Counted from the stretch's first letter, positions 29,894 through 41,082 are shown. The stretch is DNA of 64,000 nt from Minisyncoccota bacterium (GCA_021734945.1 JAIPIA010000001.1:308415-372414); one strand, 5' to 3'. Numbers and translations: made by a program. The notes: generated by a model from the sequence alone, not told the origin.

Positions 29894-29977
29894 GCTCGGG
29901 TGGAGAAATGGTAGACTCGGGGGACTTAAAATCCCCTGGCCTCAACAGCCGTGTGGGTTCGAGTCCCACCCCGAGCA
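29894..29977 (+). tRNA. tRNA-Leu (TAA)
   Basis: GGGGA-CTTAAAA-TCCCC, long variable arm. Confidence 0.93.
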
Positions 29978-30134
29978 CAAAGTAAGAAGCTAAAAAGTAT
30001 CAGTCGCAGTGTACAAAATTCAGTCAATTTTCCCTGACTTTATACAAGCGTTTTACCTTGCGAAATAAGCATTTTTTTGTTACTATTTTTTTCTGTATAG
30101 ATTAGCTCACTTTCGTGACTGAACTAATACAAAT

Positions 30135-30207
30135 GCATCCGTAACTCAGTTGGTAGAGTAGCTCCCTCTTAAGGAGACGGTCGTAGGTTCGAATCCTACC
30201 GGGTGCA
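30135..30207 (+). tRNA. tRNA-Lys (CTT)
   Basis: CTCC-CTCTTAA-GGAG, GTAGG-TTCGAAT-CCTAC. Confidence 0.93.
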
Positions 30208-30276
30208 CAAGTAAGTTAGAAACTCTGCAAAAGTCAGTCTGCATGCAATTTCCAACTTATGATTTGACCAAAATAT

Positions 30277-30358
30277 GGGCGAGTGGCGGAATTGGTATAC
30301 GCGCTAGTCTTAGGAACTAGTCCCGCAAGGGTTGGAGGTTCGAGTCCTCTCTCGCCCA
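30277..30358 (+). tRNA. tRNA-Leu (TAG)
   Basis: CTAGT-CTTAGGA-ACTAG, long variable arm. Confidence 0.95.
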
Positions 30359-30518
30359 CAGAAATAAAATAAAAAGTTTATCTTCGGATAGGCTTTTTAT
30401 TTTTATAAATAATGGTTAAATTTACTAAAATTGACTTATATATGAATCTATGTTAATATATATACAGACGATCTTTATTAGATCGTCACCTCACCCACAA
30501 TCCCACTACTCAGACATC

Positions 30519-30794
30519 ATGAACTTCAAAATTCTCACCACGTTCACGTCCCTCGTCGTTGCACTGGTTTACCTTTGCTTCGTCACGCCAGAGGTCCTCA
30601 GCCAGCTTTTCAAGATGCAAGAAAAACATCAAGAATGGACGACCATGCAAGATTGGATCAACCCTACTGCGTACTACACAATTAGTACCTTGTACTGGAT
30701 CTTTGCACTAGCACCGGTCGTTGGGCTCGGCATTTACGGACTGCACGACTTGTTCAAGTCCAAACGGTCTAAGTTCGCCCTCCCAAAGGTGTAA
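30519..30794 (+). CDS. Orphan two-TM membrane protein
   Basis: Two hydrophobic helices; preceded by GACGATCT/AGATCGTC hairpin and A/C-rich leader; start chosen at MNFKIL. Confidence 0.6.
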   Translation: MNFKILTTFTSLVVALVYLCFVTPEVLSQLFKMQEKHQEWTTMQDWINPTAYYTISTLYWIFALAPVVGLGIYGLHDLFKSKRSKFALPKV

Positions 30795-30992
30795 CCAATC
30801 CACCTGTCACAATTCAAAAAGTCATCCTTACGGATGCAACCCGCGCAACACAACGGCGGGTTTTTACATTTAAAAAATTGAGACAAATAAAACACCTTTT
30901 CTTCTAGTTAATAAAAAGCGAGAAAAAGAAAACCACATGTATGGATGTAATCCCGGATACATGTGGTTTTCTGCTTTCGAGCGTTTTTATTT

Positions 30993-31277
30993 CTACTGAC
31001 CAAATATCTGCGTAACGCCAGTATCAGATGGAGATACACCAATAGTGTTCATGATGAGGTTCATTATTCCGAATACTGAGATCATAATGAACATACCAAA
31101 AATTCCGTACATTATGTGCTTACTACCTGTAGCACGCCCATCTTCACTATCAGAATCTTTTATATACATAAAAACGCCATACAAAAAAACCAGTACCGCA
31201 ACAGCAAAGAGCAACATTATTATCGGGTTAATGATAACTTGGTTAATTTTGTGAATAAATGCGAGTGCTGGCTTCAT
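30993..31277 (-). CDS. TrbC/VirB2-like pilin (CPR type)
   Basis: TM-loop-TM with G...I.YG..G.F.M.SVFG. Confidence 0.75.
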   Translation of the reverse strand: MKPALAFIHKINQVIINPIIMLLFAVAVLVFLYGVFMYIKDSDSEDGRATGSKHIMYGIFGMFIMISVFGIMNLIMNTIGVSPSDTGVTQIFGQ

Positions 31278-31303
31278 GTGTTGAATTTATATGTATCGTG
31301 AAC

Positions 31304-31678
31304 CTATCTCTGCTGGAAGTACCCAGCTGCGTTTGGAAGCTGAGGAGCTGCAGGAGCTGTGTTGTCCAAGTTCACACTTCTAACCAAAATATTTACCAAT
31401 CCCCATACAGATACCATTACGAAGAGTGCAACAACACCCCAAATAATATATCCCTGTGCTTCTTTTCGAGCTTCACCATCACCACCAGCAATAACAAATT
31501 TGAAAATACCCCAAAGGAAGATCAATACTGTAAGAGCAATGATGAATGGGATAAGTCTGTTGATGAGGTCGTTTGCCTGAGCCAAAAGTCCGAGTAAACC
31601 TCCAATAGTCTGTGCTCCAGCAATAGCAGGAGTTATGAGTACCAAAAGTGCAGAAAGTTTTAGAAATGTCTTTTTCAT
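31304..31678 (-). CDS. TrbC/VirB2-like pilin (CPR type)
   Basis: Signal peptide, FLWGIFKFV.AGGD.EARKEAQGYIIWGVVALFVMVSVWGLV. Confidence 0.8.
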   Translation of the reverse strand: MKKTFLKLSALLVLITPAIAGAQTIGGLLGLLAQANDLINRLIPFIIALTVLIFLWGIFKFVIAGGDGEARKEAQGYIIWGVVALFVMVSVWGLVNILVRSVNLDNTAPAAPQLPNAAGYFQQR

Positions 31679-31783
31679 CTTTTAATAACGAATTATAATT
31701 TTATTAAGAGACTTCTTTTTAAAAAGTCGTACTCTAATTATACTTTGTTTTAGCGTTTGAAGATAGCAGGCTGTGGATTGCTT

Positions 31784-32074
31784 CTATCGAACTGGTATCA
31801 ATTGTTCAAGATTTTGAGGAGTTGAGTTGTTCAAATGTAACGATGTTACCAAAATATTTACTAATCCCCATACTGAGACCATTACGAAGAGTGCAACGAT
31901 ACCCCATGTAATATACCCTCGAGCCTCCTCTCTTGCTGCACCATCTGAGCTTGTAACCATTCTAAAAATTCCCCAAATGAACACGAGAACTGTCATAGCA
32001 ATGATAAGAGGCATCACCACGTTTATAAGTTCTTTTATCATCTGTATTATTGCGAATATTCCTGTAGCTCCCAT
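31784..32074 (-). CDS. TrbC/VirB2-like pilin (CPR type)
   Basis: Paralog of neighbours: FIWGIF...AREEARGYITWGIVALFVMVSVWGLV. Confidence 0.8.
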   Translation of the reverse strand: MGATGIFAIIQMIKELINVVMPLIIAMTVLVFIWGIFRMVTSSDGAAREEARGYITWGIVALFVMVSVWGLVNILVTSLHLNNSTPQNLEQLIPVR

Positions 32075-32092
32075 ATATTTATATTATTTAAA

Positions 32093-32449
32093 TTATCTTA
32101 ATTGCGGAATAACTAAGCCTCCTCCGAAAAAAGTGGATGTAAGTATACTTACCAATCCCCATACAGATACCATTACGAAGAGAGAGACGACACCGTACGT
32201 AATAACACCAATCGCCTCTTTTCGGGCATCTTCACTATTACTTCGTACAAGCTGAAAAATTCCCCAGATAAAATAAAGCAGGGTAAGGCCGACGATGAGA
32301 GGTACAAGGGTTTTAATCATACCTATAAATAGTCCCACCAATGAACCAAAGTCATACGCTACCTGACCATAAGCCTGCGTCTGCAAGGGAAAAGTAATAA
32401 GAAGCAGAGCCGCTGCGCTTATAATTTTTTTAGATGATGAAAATTTCAT
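32093..32449 (-). CDS. TrbC/VirB2-like pilin (CPR type)
   Basis: Signal peptide, FIWGIF...ARKEA...YGVVSLFVMVSVWGLV. Confidence 0.8.
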   Translation of the reverse strand: MKFSSSKKIISAAALLLITFPLQTQAYGQVAYDFGSLVGLFIGMIKTLVPLIVGLTLLYFIWGIFQLVRSNSEDARKEAIGVITYGVVSLFVMVSVWGLVSILTSTFFGGGLVIPQLR

Positions 32450-32469
32450 ATGTGTATTTATGTTTTCTA

Positions 32470-32811
32470 TTATATACCTAATTCGTTAACTGTTGCTTGT
32501 ATTGCCGTTGCAATAACTCGAGCTCCCAATACAATAGCTCCTCCAACAATAGTCCATGTCAACGTCTGGTGAGCTGAACTAATCTGCTTTTCGTCCCCTC
32601 TTGCAGTAACATATTTGAAACCAGCAAGAATAAGGAAAAATACAACAACAATAGCACCTAGCAAAATAACAACATCAAGTACTTGAAGCAGGAAGCCATC
32701 TAACGTGCTTGCCTGAATAGGGTTAGTGAAATACTGCTGAGCACTAAGTAAGGTTGGAAGGAGCGTAAAACCAGATGCTAGAAACGTAGTAGTAATTTTT
32801 TTAATATTCAT
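32470..32811 (-). CDS. TrbC/VirB2-like pilin (CPR type)
   Basis: NPIQ..TL..., ILAGFKYVTARGDEKQISSAHQTLTWTIVG; start at MNIKK. Confidence 0.8.
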   Translation of the reverse strand: MNIKKITTTFLASGFTLLPTLLSAQQYFTNPIQASTLDGFLLQVLDVVILLGAIVVVFFLILAGFKYVTARGDEKQISSAHQTLTWTIVGGAIVLGARVIATAIQATVNELGI

Positions 32812-32876
32812 AGCTGTAATTATATAATAGATTTTAATCTTCACAAACTTTTCACTAGTAGCCAAAAGATGAATTC

Positions 32877-33308
32877 CTAGCGCAGCAGACTGTATGCATT
32901 GTCTACTCCCAAAAACTTCAACATGGTTGCCACGAGCAACCAAGCTGCCATAGTGAAAAATATACCTTTTATCACATTACCAAAGATGCCGTTTGCAGTT
33001 TTACGTGCCCCAGTATCATCTCCAGACGTCATATAGAGATACCCTGCATATACCATTGAAACAACAGCCGCCATTGCAGCAAGGTAAATAGCATTTTGGA
33101 GGATATTTTGACCCATTTTCATCAACTGTGGCCATCCACATGCTACTGTCACTTGACCATTAGCACCTTGTACAGGCTTTCCATAACATTCATCTGGGAC
33201 AAACGATACCAACCCAGCAGCGTCAACTACAACCGGTGAAATAAAAGCACTTAATACTGTAAGTATTGTAAAGACTTGCAGTATGAGTAATTTAATTGTT
33301 TTTTTCAT
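32877..33308 (-). CDS. TrbC/VirB2-like pilin with Cys pair
   Basis: Signal peptide, C...CGWPQL, VYAGYLYMTSGDD..ARKTA...G..F..AAWLLV. Confidence 0.8.
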   Translation of the reverse strand: MKKTIKLLILQVFTILTVLSAFISPVVVDAAGLVSFVPDECYGKPVQGANGQVTVACGWPQLMKMGQNILQNAIYLAAMAAVVSMVYAGYLYMTSGDDTGARKTANGIFGNVIKGIFFTMAAWLLVATMLKFLGVDNAYSLLR

Positions 33309-33313
33309 TTTTA

Positions 33314-34621
33314 TTATTTTACTTTTAGTAATCTATCCAGTTTAAGTTTTGCATCACCAACAGCATTACTTAGCTTATCTTTTCCAGATGTTATCGATTC
33401 AATCATGTCTTTAAATACCAAGTCACTTCCCGCTGGATTTGGATCATGCCATGATTTTGATTGGATAGCCGATCTGTAAAATACAGTCATATATGCGTCC
33501 TTTGCGGGTTCAGCAAGCAAATCACGCCGTACAGGGGGCAAATTATATAAATCTCTCCAGATAACAATAGAATCTTTGTCCGTAAGTTTAGAAATAACAC
33601 CCAACGCCCCCGCAAAGTTTTTAGTATTTTTTACAATTGCAAAAGCAGACATCTTTCCGTACACATTAGGTACACCACCAGCCTCTTGAGGAATCTGAGC
33701 AACATCAAAATTGAGGTTTGGATTTTTATCTTGCAAATGTTGCAGTTCACTTGCGTATCCAAAATAGAAAGCAAGATTTCCACCAAGGAAAGCATCTTGT
33801 GAATTTGGAAGAGATCTATTCCATGTATATAGAGGCTTCGAAGGATTTGCAAAAGATGTATAAAAATCAAGAACTGAAGCAATAGGAGAACTTTCATCAA
33901 GACTTTTTTCGAGGTCTTTATCAATCACTGAATACACTTCATCATTCTGTGGATTTTTCTCAGTAATATTGTTTCCAGATTGGAAGAAAAGTGACGCCAA
34001 AATTTCTTTTGCATTTTTGACATTTGAATATTCACCAAACGGTACTAGTGCTTGCGTTATATTGGAAGTATCAGTTCTTTGAATGATAGAGGGTGCAATT
34101 TGATTCATTTCTTTCCAGGTCTGTGGAGGTCGAGAAATAGCACTCCGAGCAAGTATATTTTTGTTGTAATACATCACCATAGGATCAACAGAAAATGGAA
34201 CTCCCATAATACCGTCTCGAGCAATAAAAATACTTGCTCCATCAATGAAAGTATTGAGGTAATCCCTCTCTGCAAATGTTGTAAAAGGTATTGACTGTAA
34301 CTTATTTTTTTGAGAATACAACATGTCGTCATCCAAGAGTACAGCGTCAGGTCCGTTACCTTCTGCGAGAGCGTTTACAAAGTCAGCTTGAAACGTCTCA
34401 GGGTCTTTCTCAACGTACGTAACATCAATAACCGTAGATCTGATATTGATGTTACGTACCATCTCACTTATATAGTACCCAGGTAGCGTTCCCCAAATTG
34501 TTGCCTTTGGCACTGCGGCACGACTAGAACCTCCAAATCCTGCAAAAACTGCAATACCAACAACAGCAATAAGTATAAAGATTGCGAGAAAAGCTAATTG
34601 AAATGTACTTACGTTCTTCAT
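33314..34621 (-). CDS. Extracellular solute-binding protein (sugar ABC type)
   Basis: N-terminal TM, ALAEGNGPD, GVPFSVDPMVMYYNK, PPQTW, LNFDVAQIPQ. Confidence 0.85.
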   Translation of the reverse strand: MKNVSTFQLAFLAIFILIAVVGIAVFAGFGGSSRAAVPKATIWGTLPGYYISEMVRNINIRSTVIDVTYVEKDPETFQADFVNALAEGNGPDAVLLDDDMLYSQKNKLQSIPFTTFAERDYLNTFIDGASIFIARDGIMGVPFSVDPMVMYYNKNILARSAISRPPQTWKEMNQIAPSIIQRTDTSNITQALVPFGEYSNVKNAKEILASLFFQSGNNITEKNPQNDEVYSVIDKDLEKSLDESSPIASVLDFYTSFANPSKPLYTWNRSLPNSQDAFLGGNLAFYFGYASELQHLQDKNPNLNFDVAQIPQEAGGVPNVYGKMSAFAIVKNTKNFAGALGVISKLTDKDSIVIWRDLYNLPPVRRDLLAEPAKDAYMTVFYRSAIQSKSWHDPNPAGSDLVFKDMIESITSGKDKLSNAVGDAKLKLDRLLKVK

Positions 34622-34662
34622 TGTTTTATATATTTTTTATTTTTGCTTAATTTTTACACAAT

Positions 34663-35283
34663 TTACTCTAAATGCCCTGGATGTTTTGATGCAAAACTCG
34701 TTTCTTCTTCCTGAACATTATACCCTACATTAGTGAGTTCCCCAGGAGTTGGTGTGTGGGTAAGTACATACAACATTCCATAGTGATGCGAACCTGCATC
34801 AATAAAACTCTCAAGATGAAACCCCTCCTTTTCAAAAATTTCTCTCGCCTCATCTTTTGTAACTACATGATCAGGATGTGGACCTATTTGGCCATATGAC
34901 TCATTCCAATCAATAACTACGACTTTTCCATCATGTTTAAGCACTCTTTTAGTTTCAGAAACAATCTCGTCCAAATTTTCGAGTGAAAAAAGTGTATTTG
35001 CAATAACAATCCTATCTACAGATGCAGTCACTAAGCCAGACCCTTTTTTTGACTCCAAATCTCCTTGAATAACCTCCACATTTTGAAGACCGGTACGGAC
35101 AGCCTCATTTTTGATTCTTTTTAAAAAATCAGGATGTGAGTCTATAGCAAATACCCTACCGTATGGACCCACTTTTTTGGCAAGTGCAAGAGTATAGAAT
35201 CCAGCCCCAGAACCAAAATCAGCCACTGTCATACCCTCAGCTACAAATAACTCAGAAATAACTTTGTTAGGATCGGAAAACAT
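34663..35283 (-). CDS. Class I SAM-dependent methyltransferase
   Basis: VADFGSGAG, GRVFAID, RVLKHDGKVVVIDW. Confidence 0.88.
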   Translation of the reverse strand: MFSDPNKVISELFVAEGMTVADFGSGAGFYTLALAKKVGPYGRVFAIDSHPDFLKRIKNEAVRTGLQNVEVIQGDLESKKGSGLVTASVDRIVIANTLFSLENLDEIVSETKRVLKHDGKVVVIDWNESYGQIGPHPDHVVTKDEAREIFEKEGFHLESFIDAGSHHYGMLYVLTHTPTPGELTNVGYNVQEEETSFASKHPGHLE

Positions 35284-35340
35284 GTGCATATATTTTAGCA
35301 TAGTTTTTACCCAAGCAAACAACATGTTACAATTTTAAAA

Positions 35341-35976
35341 ATGAATTCTAAAATACCTGCAGAAAACAAGAAACCAAAACTCCGGAAATATGTACTCACA
35401 GGAGGAACTTCTGTTGGAAAAACTACTATTATAGATTTACTAGCAAAACTCGAGCATCCCACTTTTCCAGAATTTTCTAGAATTATTATAAATCGCGAGC
35501 TTAAAAAAGAAGATGGCGTCTTACCTTGGACCAAACCAGATATTTTTCAAGATATGTATGCAAAGGAACAAGTTCGTGAAGAAATGGATATTGAAAAATA
35601 TTTAGGTAATACACGTGAAGAAAAAGACTATATTTTTATGGACAGATGTATTGTCGACGGTATAGCTTTTTGTCAACACGCAGGAGTTGTTGTTCCTCAT
35701 GAAATAGACAATCATATACAGAAATTACGTAAAAATGGCCAAGATTATAACCTTATCTTCATTCTCGGACCGTTGGAAACTTATCATTTTGATGAAGGCC
35801 GTATTTTAAAACCTGAAGAAAGCCTCTCAATACAGGCAATGCTTGAAAAAGCTTATGTAGAGCGTGGATACAAACTTATTCCTGTACCTTTTATGACGCC
35901 CCAAGAGCGTGTGGATTTTATCTTTGCAAAAATTAAAGAGTACGAAGAAAATTTATCTAAACCAAAAAGTAACTAA
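35341..35976 (+). CDS. P-loop ATPase/kinase (AAA_28/NadR-like)
   Basis: YVLTGGTSVGKTT, PEFSR, FMDRCIVD, YVERGY. Confidence 0.8.
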   Translation: MNSKIPAENKKPKLRKYVLTGGTSVGKTTIIDLLAKLEHPTFPEFSRIIINRELKKEDGVLPWTKPDIFQDMYAKEQVREEMDIEKYLGNTREEKDYIFMDRCIVDGIAFCQHAGVVVPHEIDNHIQKLRKNGQDYNLIFILGPLETYHFDEGRILKPEESLSIQAMLEKAYVERGYKLIPVPFMTPQERVDFIFAKIKEYEENLSKPKSN

Positions 35977-36951
35977 ATAGACGACATAAGCAAAAGTTAG
36001 GAACATGCCTTGCCACTTCTCAATGGTGTATTTTTTACCAACCAAAAGCACAACAAACAGTAAGACACTAGAAAATATAAGAAAAATAAAATCAATATCA
36101 GAGCCTTTATCTATTGGTAATGGATTTATAACAGAAGTTATACCCAAAATCCAAAAGATATTAAAAATATTAGAACCTACTATATTTCCAATTGCGATGT
36201 CTGACTGTTTCTTGAATGCAGCAACAATTGAAGTCGCCAATTCAGGTAGCGATGTGCCGATAGCAACAATTGTTAGGCCTATCATTGATTCCGAGATTCC
36301 GAACAATGTCGCAATTGAAACTGCCCCGTCAACTATCCATTTTCCACCTACGATAAGGCCAGCCAGCCCGAGCACTATATATATTATACTTTTGGAAATA
36401 GACATCGGAGAACCAACAGACTGGATAGATTCTTTAGAATTATTAATTTGTTCACTCAAATCAGGTGACTCAGGCGATTTGATTTTAGCAATTTTAAATG
36501 TGTATATAAGGAACAAAACAAAAAAGAAAATAAGTACCAATCCATCCAACCTAGAAAGGATATCTATATTACTAGCACCAAAAATACTATCCTTTGAGAG
36601 AATAACGAGTAAAAGAGTTGCACCTATAGCAAACGGTATTTCTCGAAATGCAGTATTTTTATGGACTATTAAAGGAAAAATAAGAGAGCTAACACCTAAA
36701 ATCAAGAGCACATTTGCAATGTTACTTCCAATGATATTTCCAACCGCAAGATCTACGTTTCCTGAAAAAGCAGACATCAGGTTAACTACGAGTTCTGGAG
36801 CAGACGTACCAAATGCCACTATTGTAAGACCTATTACAATACTAGATATACCATATCTCTCAGCGATTGAAACAGACCCGTCAACCAACATATCAGCACC
36901 TTTTACTAACAGCGCGAAACCGACAATAAACAGAAGAATTGTAAGAAACAT
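35953..36951 (-). CDS. Ca2+/Na+ antiporter (YrbG-like)
   Basis: Two GLTIVA.GTS.PEL...GNI.GSNI.N repeats. Confidence 0.92.
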   Translation of the reverse strand: MFLTILLFIVGFALLVKGADMLVDGSVSIAERYGISSIVIGLTIVAFGTSAPELVVNLMSAFSGNVDLAVGNIIGSNIANVLLILGVSSLIFPLIVHKNTAFREIPFAIGATLLLVILSKDSIFGASNIDILSRLDGLVLIFFFVLFLIYTFKIAKIKSPESPDLSEQINNSKESIQSVGSPMSISKSIIYIVLGLAGLIVGGKWIVDGAVSIATLFGISESMIGLTIVAIGTSLPELATSIVAAFKKQSDIAIGNIVGSNIFNIFWILGITSVINPLPIDKGSDIDFIFLIFSSVLLFVVLLVGKKYTIEKWQGMFLTFAYVVYLVTFWFR

Positions 36952-37031
36952 TATTTTAGGATATTAATTTAAATTAACTACAAGGGAATACTACTACCCT
37001 TTTTTCTTTACTAAACACCGCCGTCAAATCC

Positions 37032-39521
37032 CTACAAGCAGATAACTGACGCCAAACTGTCCCCTTCTCGCAATTTCATGATTCGTACACCCTGTGTATC
37101 TCGTCCAAGAGTTGGGATTTCACTGAGACTACATCGAATAACCTGACTTTTCTTTGAGATAGCAACAGCTTCTTCAAACTCACTATTTACAATACTTGCA
37201 GAGATAAGATCGCCTGTCTTCTCAGTTACTTTTATAGTCTTAATTCCAGAACCACCTCGTCCTTGTACTTTGTATTCTTCGAGTTCTGTTTTCTTTCCAT
37301 AACCGTTCGCAGAAACTACAAAGATAGCACCATCATTTGAACCCTTCTTTATTGCATCAGCACCCACAACTGAAACTTTTTTATCAAGTTTCATTACTCG
37401 TACACCTCCAGCTGCTCGTCCCATTTCTCGTACTTCGTCCTGATCAAATCGGATAGACTGACCGTCTGAAGATACAACCATTACGTTATCGCCTTTTTCT
37501 ACAAATGAAGCTGATACAAGTTCGTCACCAGCATCAAGTCGGATAGCAATGATTCCACTTCGTCGTACATCATGGAAACTTTCTGCAGATACTTTCTTTC
37601 CAGTTCCTTGCTTTGTTACGAGGAATAATGAAAGCTCACTTCCCTTCTTTATTTCTTTTGGCATTGGTAAAATAGAAGTAACCTTTTCTGTACCCTCGAG
37701 TGAAAGGAAATTCATAATAGACTTACCTCGAGTAGCTCGCTTACCTTCTGGAATATCATACATCTTGATCTTGTATGCCTTGCCTTTGTCTGTGAAGAAT
37801 AGAAGTTCACTGTGGTTTGTAGTCGTGATGAGGTGCGTAATAAAATCCTCCTCTTTTGTATTAAGATCAACAACTCCCACTCCACCTCGTTTCTGTTTTC
37901 GGTATTCGTCTGGATCAGTTCGCTTCACATAACCACCTGAAGTGAGTACAAGTACAGATTCTTCATCTGGGATAACGTCTTCTATAGAGAAATTCTTGGC
38001 ACCGTGCTTTATAACTTTTGTTCGTCGGTCATCACCAAATCGCTCTCGAACATCAACAAGTTCATCTTGAATGATTCGCACAACTCGCTTTGGATTCTTG
38101 AGAATATCCTGACACTCTTTGATAAATGCTTGCACGGCAAACAATTGATCCTCAATTTTCTTTCGCTCAAGACCCGCAAGCTTCTGGAGTCGCATTTCAA
38201 GAATTGCAGTAGCCTGTCGTTCTGAGAACTTGAATTCCTTCATCAAATTTGCATGAGCTGTTGGAGTGTCCTTTGAAGCCTTGATGAGCTTGATGATTTG
38301 ATCAATATGATCGAGTGCCTTTTTGAGACCAAGCAAGATATGCTCTTCATCAAGTGCTTTAGCTAGATCGTACTCAGTTCGCCGTCGGATAACCTCTTTT
38401 CGGTGTTTGAGGAATTCTTCAAGACATGTCTTGAGAGAAACAGTTTGTGGCACACCGTCAACGAGTGCAACCATGTTGAAGTGGAACGTTGTTTCAAGCT
38501 GTGTATGTTTGTATAAAAAGTTTAGAACATTTTGTGGGTAACTTCCGTTTTTGAGTTCAATAACAATACGAATATCAGATGTTGATTCATCTCGAAGGTC
38601 CTTGATGCCTTCAAGTTTTTTGTCACGCACAAGATCAGCAATCGACTCAATAAGACTAGACTTATTTACTCGGAAAGGAATAGACGTAATCATAATCTTT
38701 GATTGTCCTGCTTTCTCCTCTATGATTTCAGCTTCACCTCGACACACAACACCTCCTCGTCCGTGAGTATATGCATGAGTAATATCTGATGAACCATAAA
38801 TCACACCTCCCATTGGGAAGTCTGGACCTTTTATAAACTGTAGAAGGTCTTCTGTCGTAGCATCTTCATTTTCAAGTAAATGAGCAGAAGCATCTACAAG
38901 CTCTCGCAAGTTGTGCGGAGGGAAGTTTGTCGCCATACCTACTGCAATACCAAGAATACCGTTGAGTAGTAGGTTTGGAACAGTTGTAGGAAGAACTGAT
39001 GGTTCTTGCTTTGTACTATCATAGTTTGGCACCATGTTTACAGTCTGCTTGTTGATGTCTCGAAGAAGTTCACTCGCAAGCTTTGACATCTTTGCTTCTG
39101 TATATCGAGGGGCAGCTGGGTTGTCGCCGTCTACTGATCCAAAGTTTCCCTGTCCTGCAATAAGTGGATATCGGAGTGTGAAGTCCTGCGCCATACCTGC
39201 AAGAGATGAATAAATAGCAGCATCGCCGTGTGGGTGATAATTACCCATCACTTCTCCCACCACAAAGGCTGACTTACGAAACTTAGCAGAGTATGTAAGA
39301 TTGTTTTGATTCATCGCATACAGAATACGTCGATGTACAGGTTTCAACCCATCACGAATATCTGGAAGAGCACGATCTGTAATAACTGACATGGCATAGT
39401 CAATATAAGACTCTCGCATTTCATTTGTGAGACTTCGTGATTCTATTCGCTCAACGAGCATATTCGCAGCATGATTCGCAGCTTTCTCAGATTCAGATCG
39501 TTCTTCGTATTTTTTTGCCAT
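37032..39521 (-). CDS. gyrA: DNA gyrase subunit A
   Basis: [29 protein letters not shown], GyrA-box QKRGGVG. Confidence 0.97.
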   Translation of the reverse strand: MAKKYEERSESEKAANHAANMLVERIESRSLTNEMRESYIDYAMSVITDRALPDIRDGLKPVHRRILYAMNQNNLTYSAKFRKSAFVVGEVMGNYHPHGDAAIYSSLAGMAQDFTLRYPLIAGQGNFGSVDGDNPAAPRYTEAKMSKLASELLRDINKQTVNMVPNYDSTKQEPSVLPTTVPNLLLNGILGIAVGMATNFPPHNLRELVDASAHLLENEDATTEDLLQFIKGPDFPMGGVIYGSSDITHAYTHGRGGVVCRGEAEIIEEKAGQSKIMITSIPFRVNKSSLIESIADLVRDKKLEGIKDLRDESTSDIRIVIELKNGSYPQNVLNFLYKHTQLETTFHFNMVALVDGVPQTVSLKTCLEEFLKHRKEVIRRRTEYDLAKALDEEHILLGLKKALDHIDQIIKLIKASKDTPTAHANLMKEFKFSERQATAILEMRLQKLAGLERKKIEDQLFAVQAFIKECQDILKNPKRVVRIIQDELVDVRERFGDDRRTKVIKHGAKNFSIEDVIPDEESVLVLTSGGYVKRTDPDEYRKQKRGGVGVVDLNTKEEDFITHLITTTNHSELLFFTDKGKAYKIKMYDIPEGKRATRGKSIMNFLSLEGTEKVTSILPMPKEIKKGSELSLFLVTKQGTGKKVSAESFHDVRRSGIIAIRLDAGDELVSASFVEKGDNVMVVSSDGQSIRFDQDEVREMGRAAGGVRVMKLDKKVSVVGADAIKKGSNDGAIFVVSANGYGKKTELEEYKVQGRGGSGIKTIKVTEKTGDLISASIVNSEFEEAVAISKKSQVIRCSLSEIPTLGRDTQGVRIMKLREGDSLASVICL

Positions 39522-39597
39522 ATTGATTTACAGTGTTTTGTAAAATTCTTAATAAAATAAAATGTCCGCAAAGATTTGCGTATAGCTTTAGTTGCGA

Positions 39598-40065
39598 CTA
39601 TTGTACCAAAACTTCACTCGAAGTGGTAGCTTTATTCTCTTGATTAACCTGCTTTTTTGTATTCAAAATGTCATTTAAGCTCTTTGAGGAGTTGTTTGAA
39701 GAATTATTTGACTCAACATCAACATTATTGTCCTCAGCTACAACATCAGTCGTAAAAACATCTTCACTAGTAGAAGCATTTTCATTTTGAATATTCATAT
39801 CTCCTTCCACAAAACTAGTCCCAGCACCAATTTTCGTTCGAACGTTTGCGTAGCTTTCACCAATAAGAGTGCTCATTTTACTCAAAAAACTTGTTGGACT
39901 TTCAATTTTTGGTTTAGCTGTCAAAATTTGATTTGAATAATTTAAAAAAGAAATAAACCAAAAAAATGCAATTATAGTTGTAATACCCAAACTAACACTA
40001 AGAGTTATTCCCTTTCTTACAGATTCAGGTTTTGAACGAATGTTTTTAATAATTTTTTGAAGCAT
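39598..40065 (-). CDS. Hypothetical single-TM protein
   Basis: Basic N-terminus, one TM, N/S-rich tail. Confidence 0.7.
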   Translation of the reverse strand: MLQKIIKNIRSKPESVRKGITLSVSLGITTIIAFFWFISFLNYSNQILTAKPKIESPTSFLSKMSTLIGESYANVRTKIGAGTSFVEGDMNIQNENASTSEDVFTTDVVAEDNNVDVESNNSSNNSSKSLNDILNTKKQVNQENKATTSSEVLVQ

Positions 40066-40152
40066 TTTTTAAAGTAAGTTTACATCTGAAGTATAGCAGA
40101 TTTTCTAAATATCTTAATTTAAGTCAAATAACTTCTAGTTGCGAAACTATTA

Positions 40153-40812
40153 CTAAACCTGTGGTGCAAGCAACACAATCTCACCTTCCTTGTTTTCCAA
40201 ATCTTTTCGCTTAACTGTAAGTTTATCGATAGCACCAACAGTAGAACCTGCTTCTTTGAGAAAGGCTTTTACGCAATCATCTTTTTCACTTTTGAAATGC
40301 ATTGGGATGACCATCTTTGCTTCGACGTTCATTGCAATCTTGTAGGCTTCTTTCGCGTCATACACCCCACTTCCACCAATAGGTACAAAGAGTAAATCAA
40401 CTACATCAATAGCAGCAGAAAGTGTACTTGGTAGAGCTCCACTTTGTGCACCCAAAAAAAGCATGTTTATACCATCAACACTGAGTGAATAAATAGTATT
40501 TACTCTTTTACCACCTGCACCATTTTCATTATTAATAGTTTTAGGATCATATTCTGAAACTCCGGCAATACCGTGTACAAAGATGCCGTTAGTCTCATAT
40601 TCACCAGGACCTGAAATAACAAACGGAACTGTGTCACCATATGACATATCTTTTCCTCCATTCATGTCAGCGTGTTCGAGAGTTTGTAATACAACATCAG
40701 CACCAAATTTACTTGATTTAAAATCAGAGTCTTTTGATGGTGGATTAATAGCAATAGTAAGGTCTCCGTACTGTAATTTAAAACATTCGTGTCCAAGGTA
40801 TGTAACAATCAT
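40153..40812 (-). CDS. Metallo-beta-lactamase-fold hydrolase (Lactamase_B_3-like)
   Basis: TYLGHECF, GPGEYE, DLLFVPIGG, VIPMH; metal motif degenerate. Confidence 0.85.
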   Translation of the reverse strand: MIVTYLGHECFKLQYGDLTIAINPPSKDSDFKSSKFGADVVLQTLEHADMNGGKDMSYGDTVPFVISGPGEYETNGIFVHGIAGVSEYDPKTINNENGAGGKRVNTIYSLSVDGINMLFLGAQSGALPSTLSAAIDVVDLLFVPIGGSGVYDAKEAYKIAMNVEAKMVIPMHFKSEKDDCVKAFLKEAGSTVGAIDKLTVKRKDLENKEGEIVLLAPQV

Positions 40813-40961
40813 GCGAGTATTTTAACCTAACTTAGAAAATAAGCAAAAACTTATTAAAAAACTATGCGAAATATAGCCATATATATAGTATATGTCAATA
40901 CAAACACACTCTTCCAAATAGTCTCCTAATGCGATATACTCTCCAAGCTCTTTATTAACCC

Positions 40962-41082
40962 GAAGTAGATGTAAACCCTGCTGTGTCCCCGCTCACTTGG
41001 TCTGCAAGTCGCAAAGCCTAACCGCTCACGATTCGCAACCAAGCTAGTGCATCCAGTCCACCCAAGCAGAAGCGTCTATTTC
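40962..41082 (+). promoter_or_regulatory. Structured 5' leader of rpsA
   Basis: GAAGTAGATGT pairs with GCGTCTATTTC, enclosing CTGCT/AGCAG and CTTGGT/ACCAAG. Confidence 0.5.

Noticed and set aside
36005..36967. 320-aa plus-strand ORF
   Set aside because: Antisense shadow of the Ca2+/Na+ antiporter; the same applies to most short nested ORFs in clpB, dnaE, gyrA, rpsA and valS.
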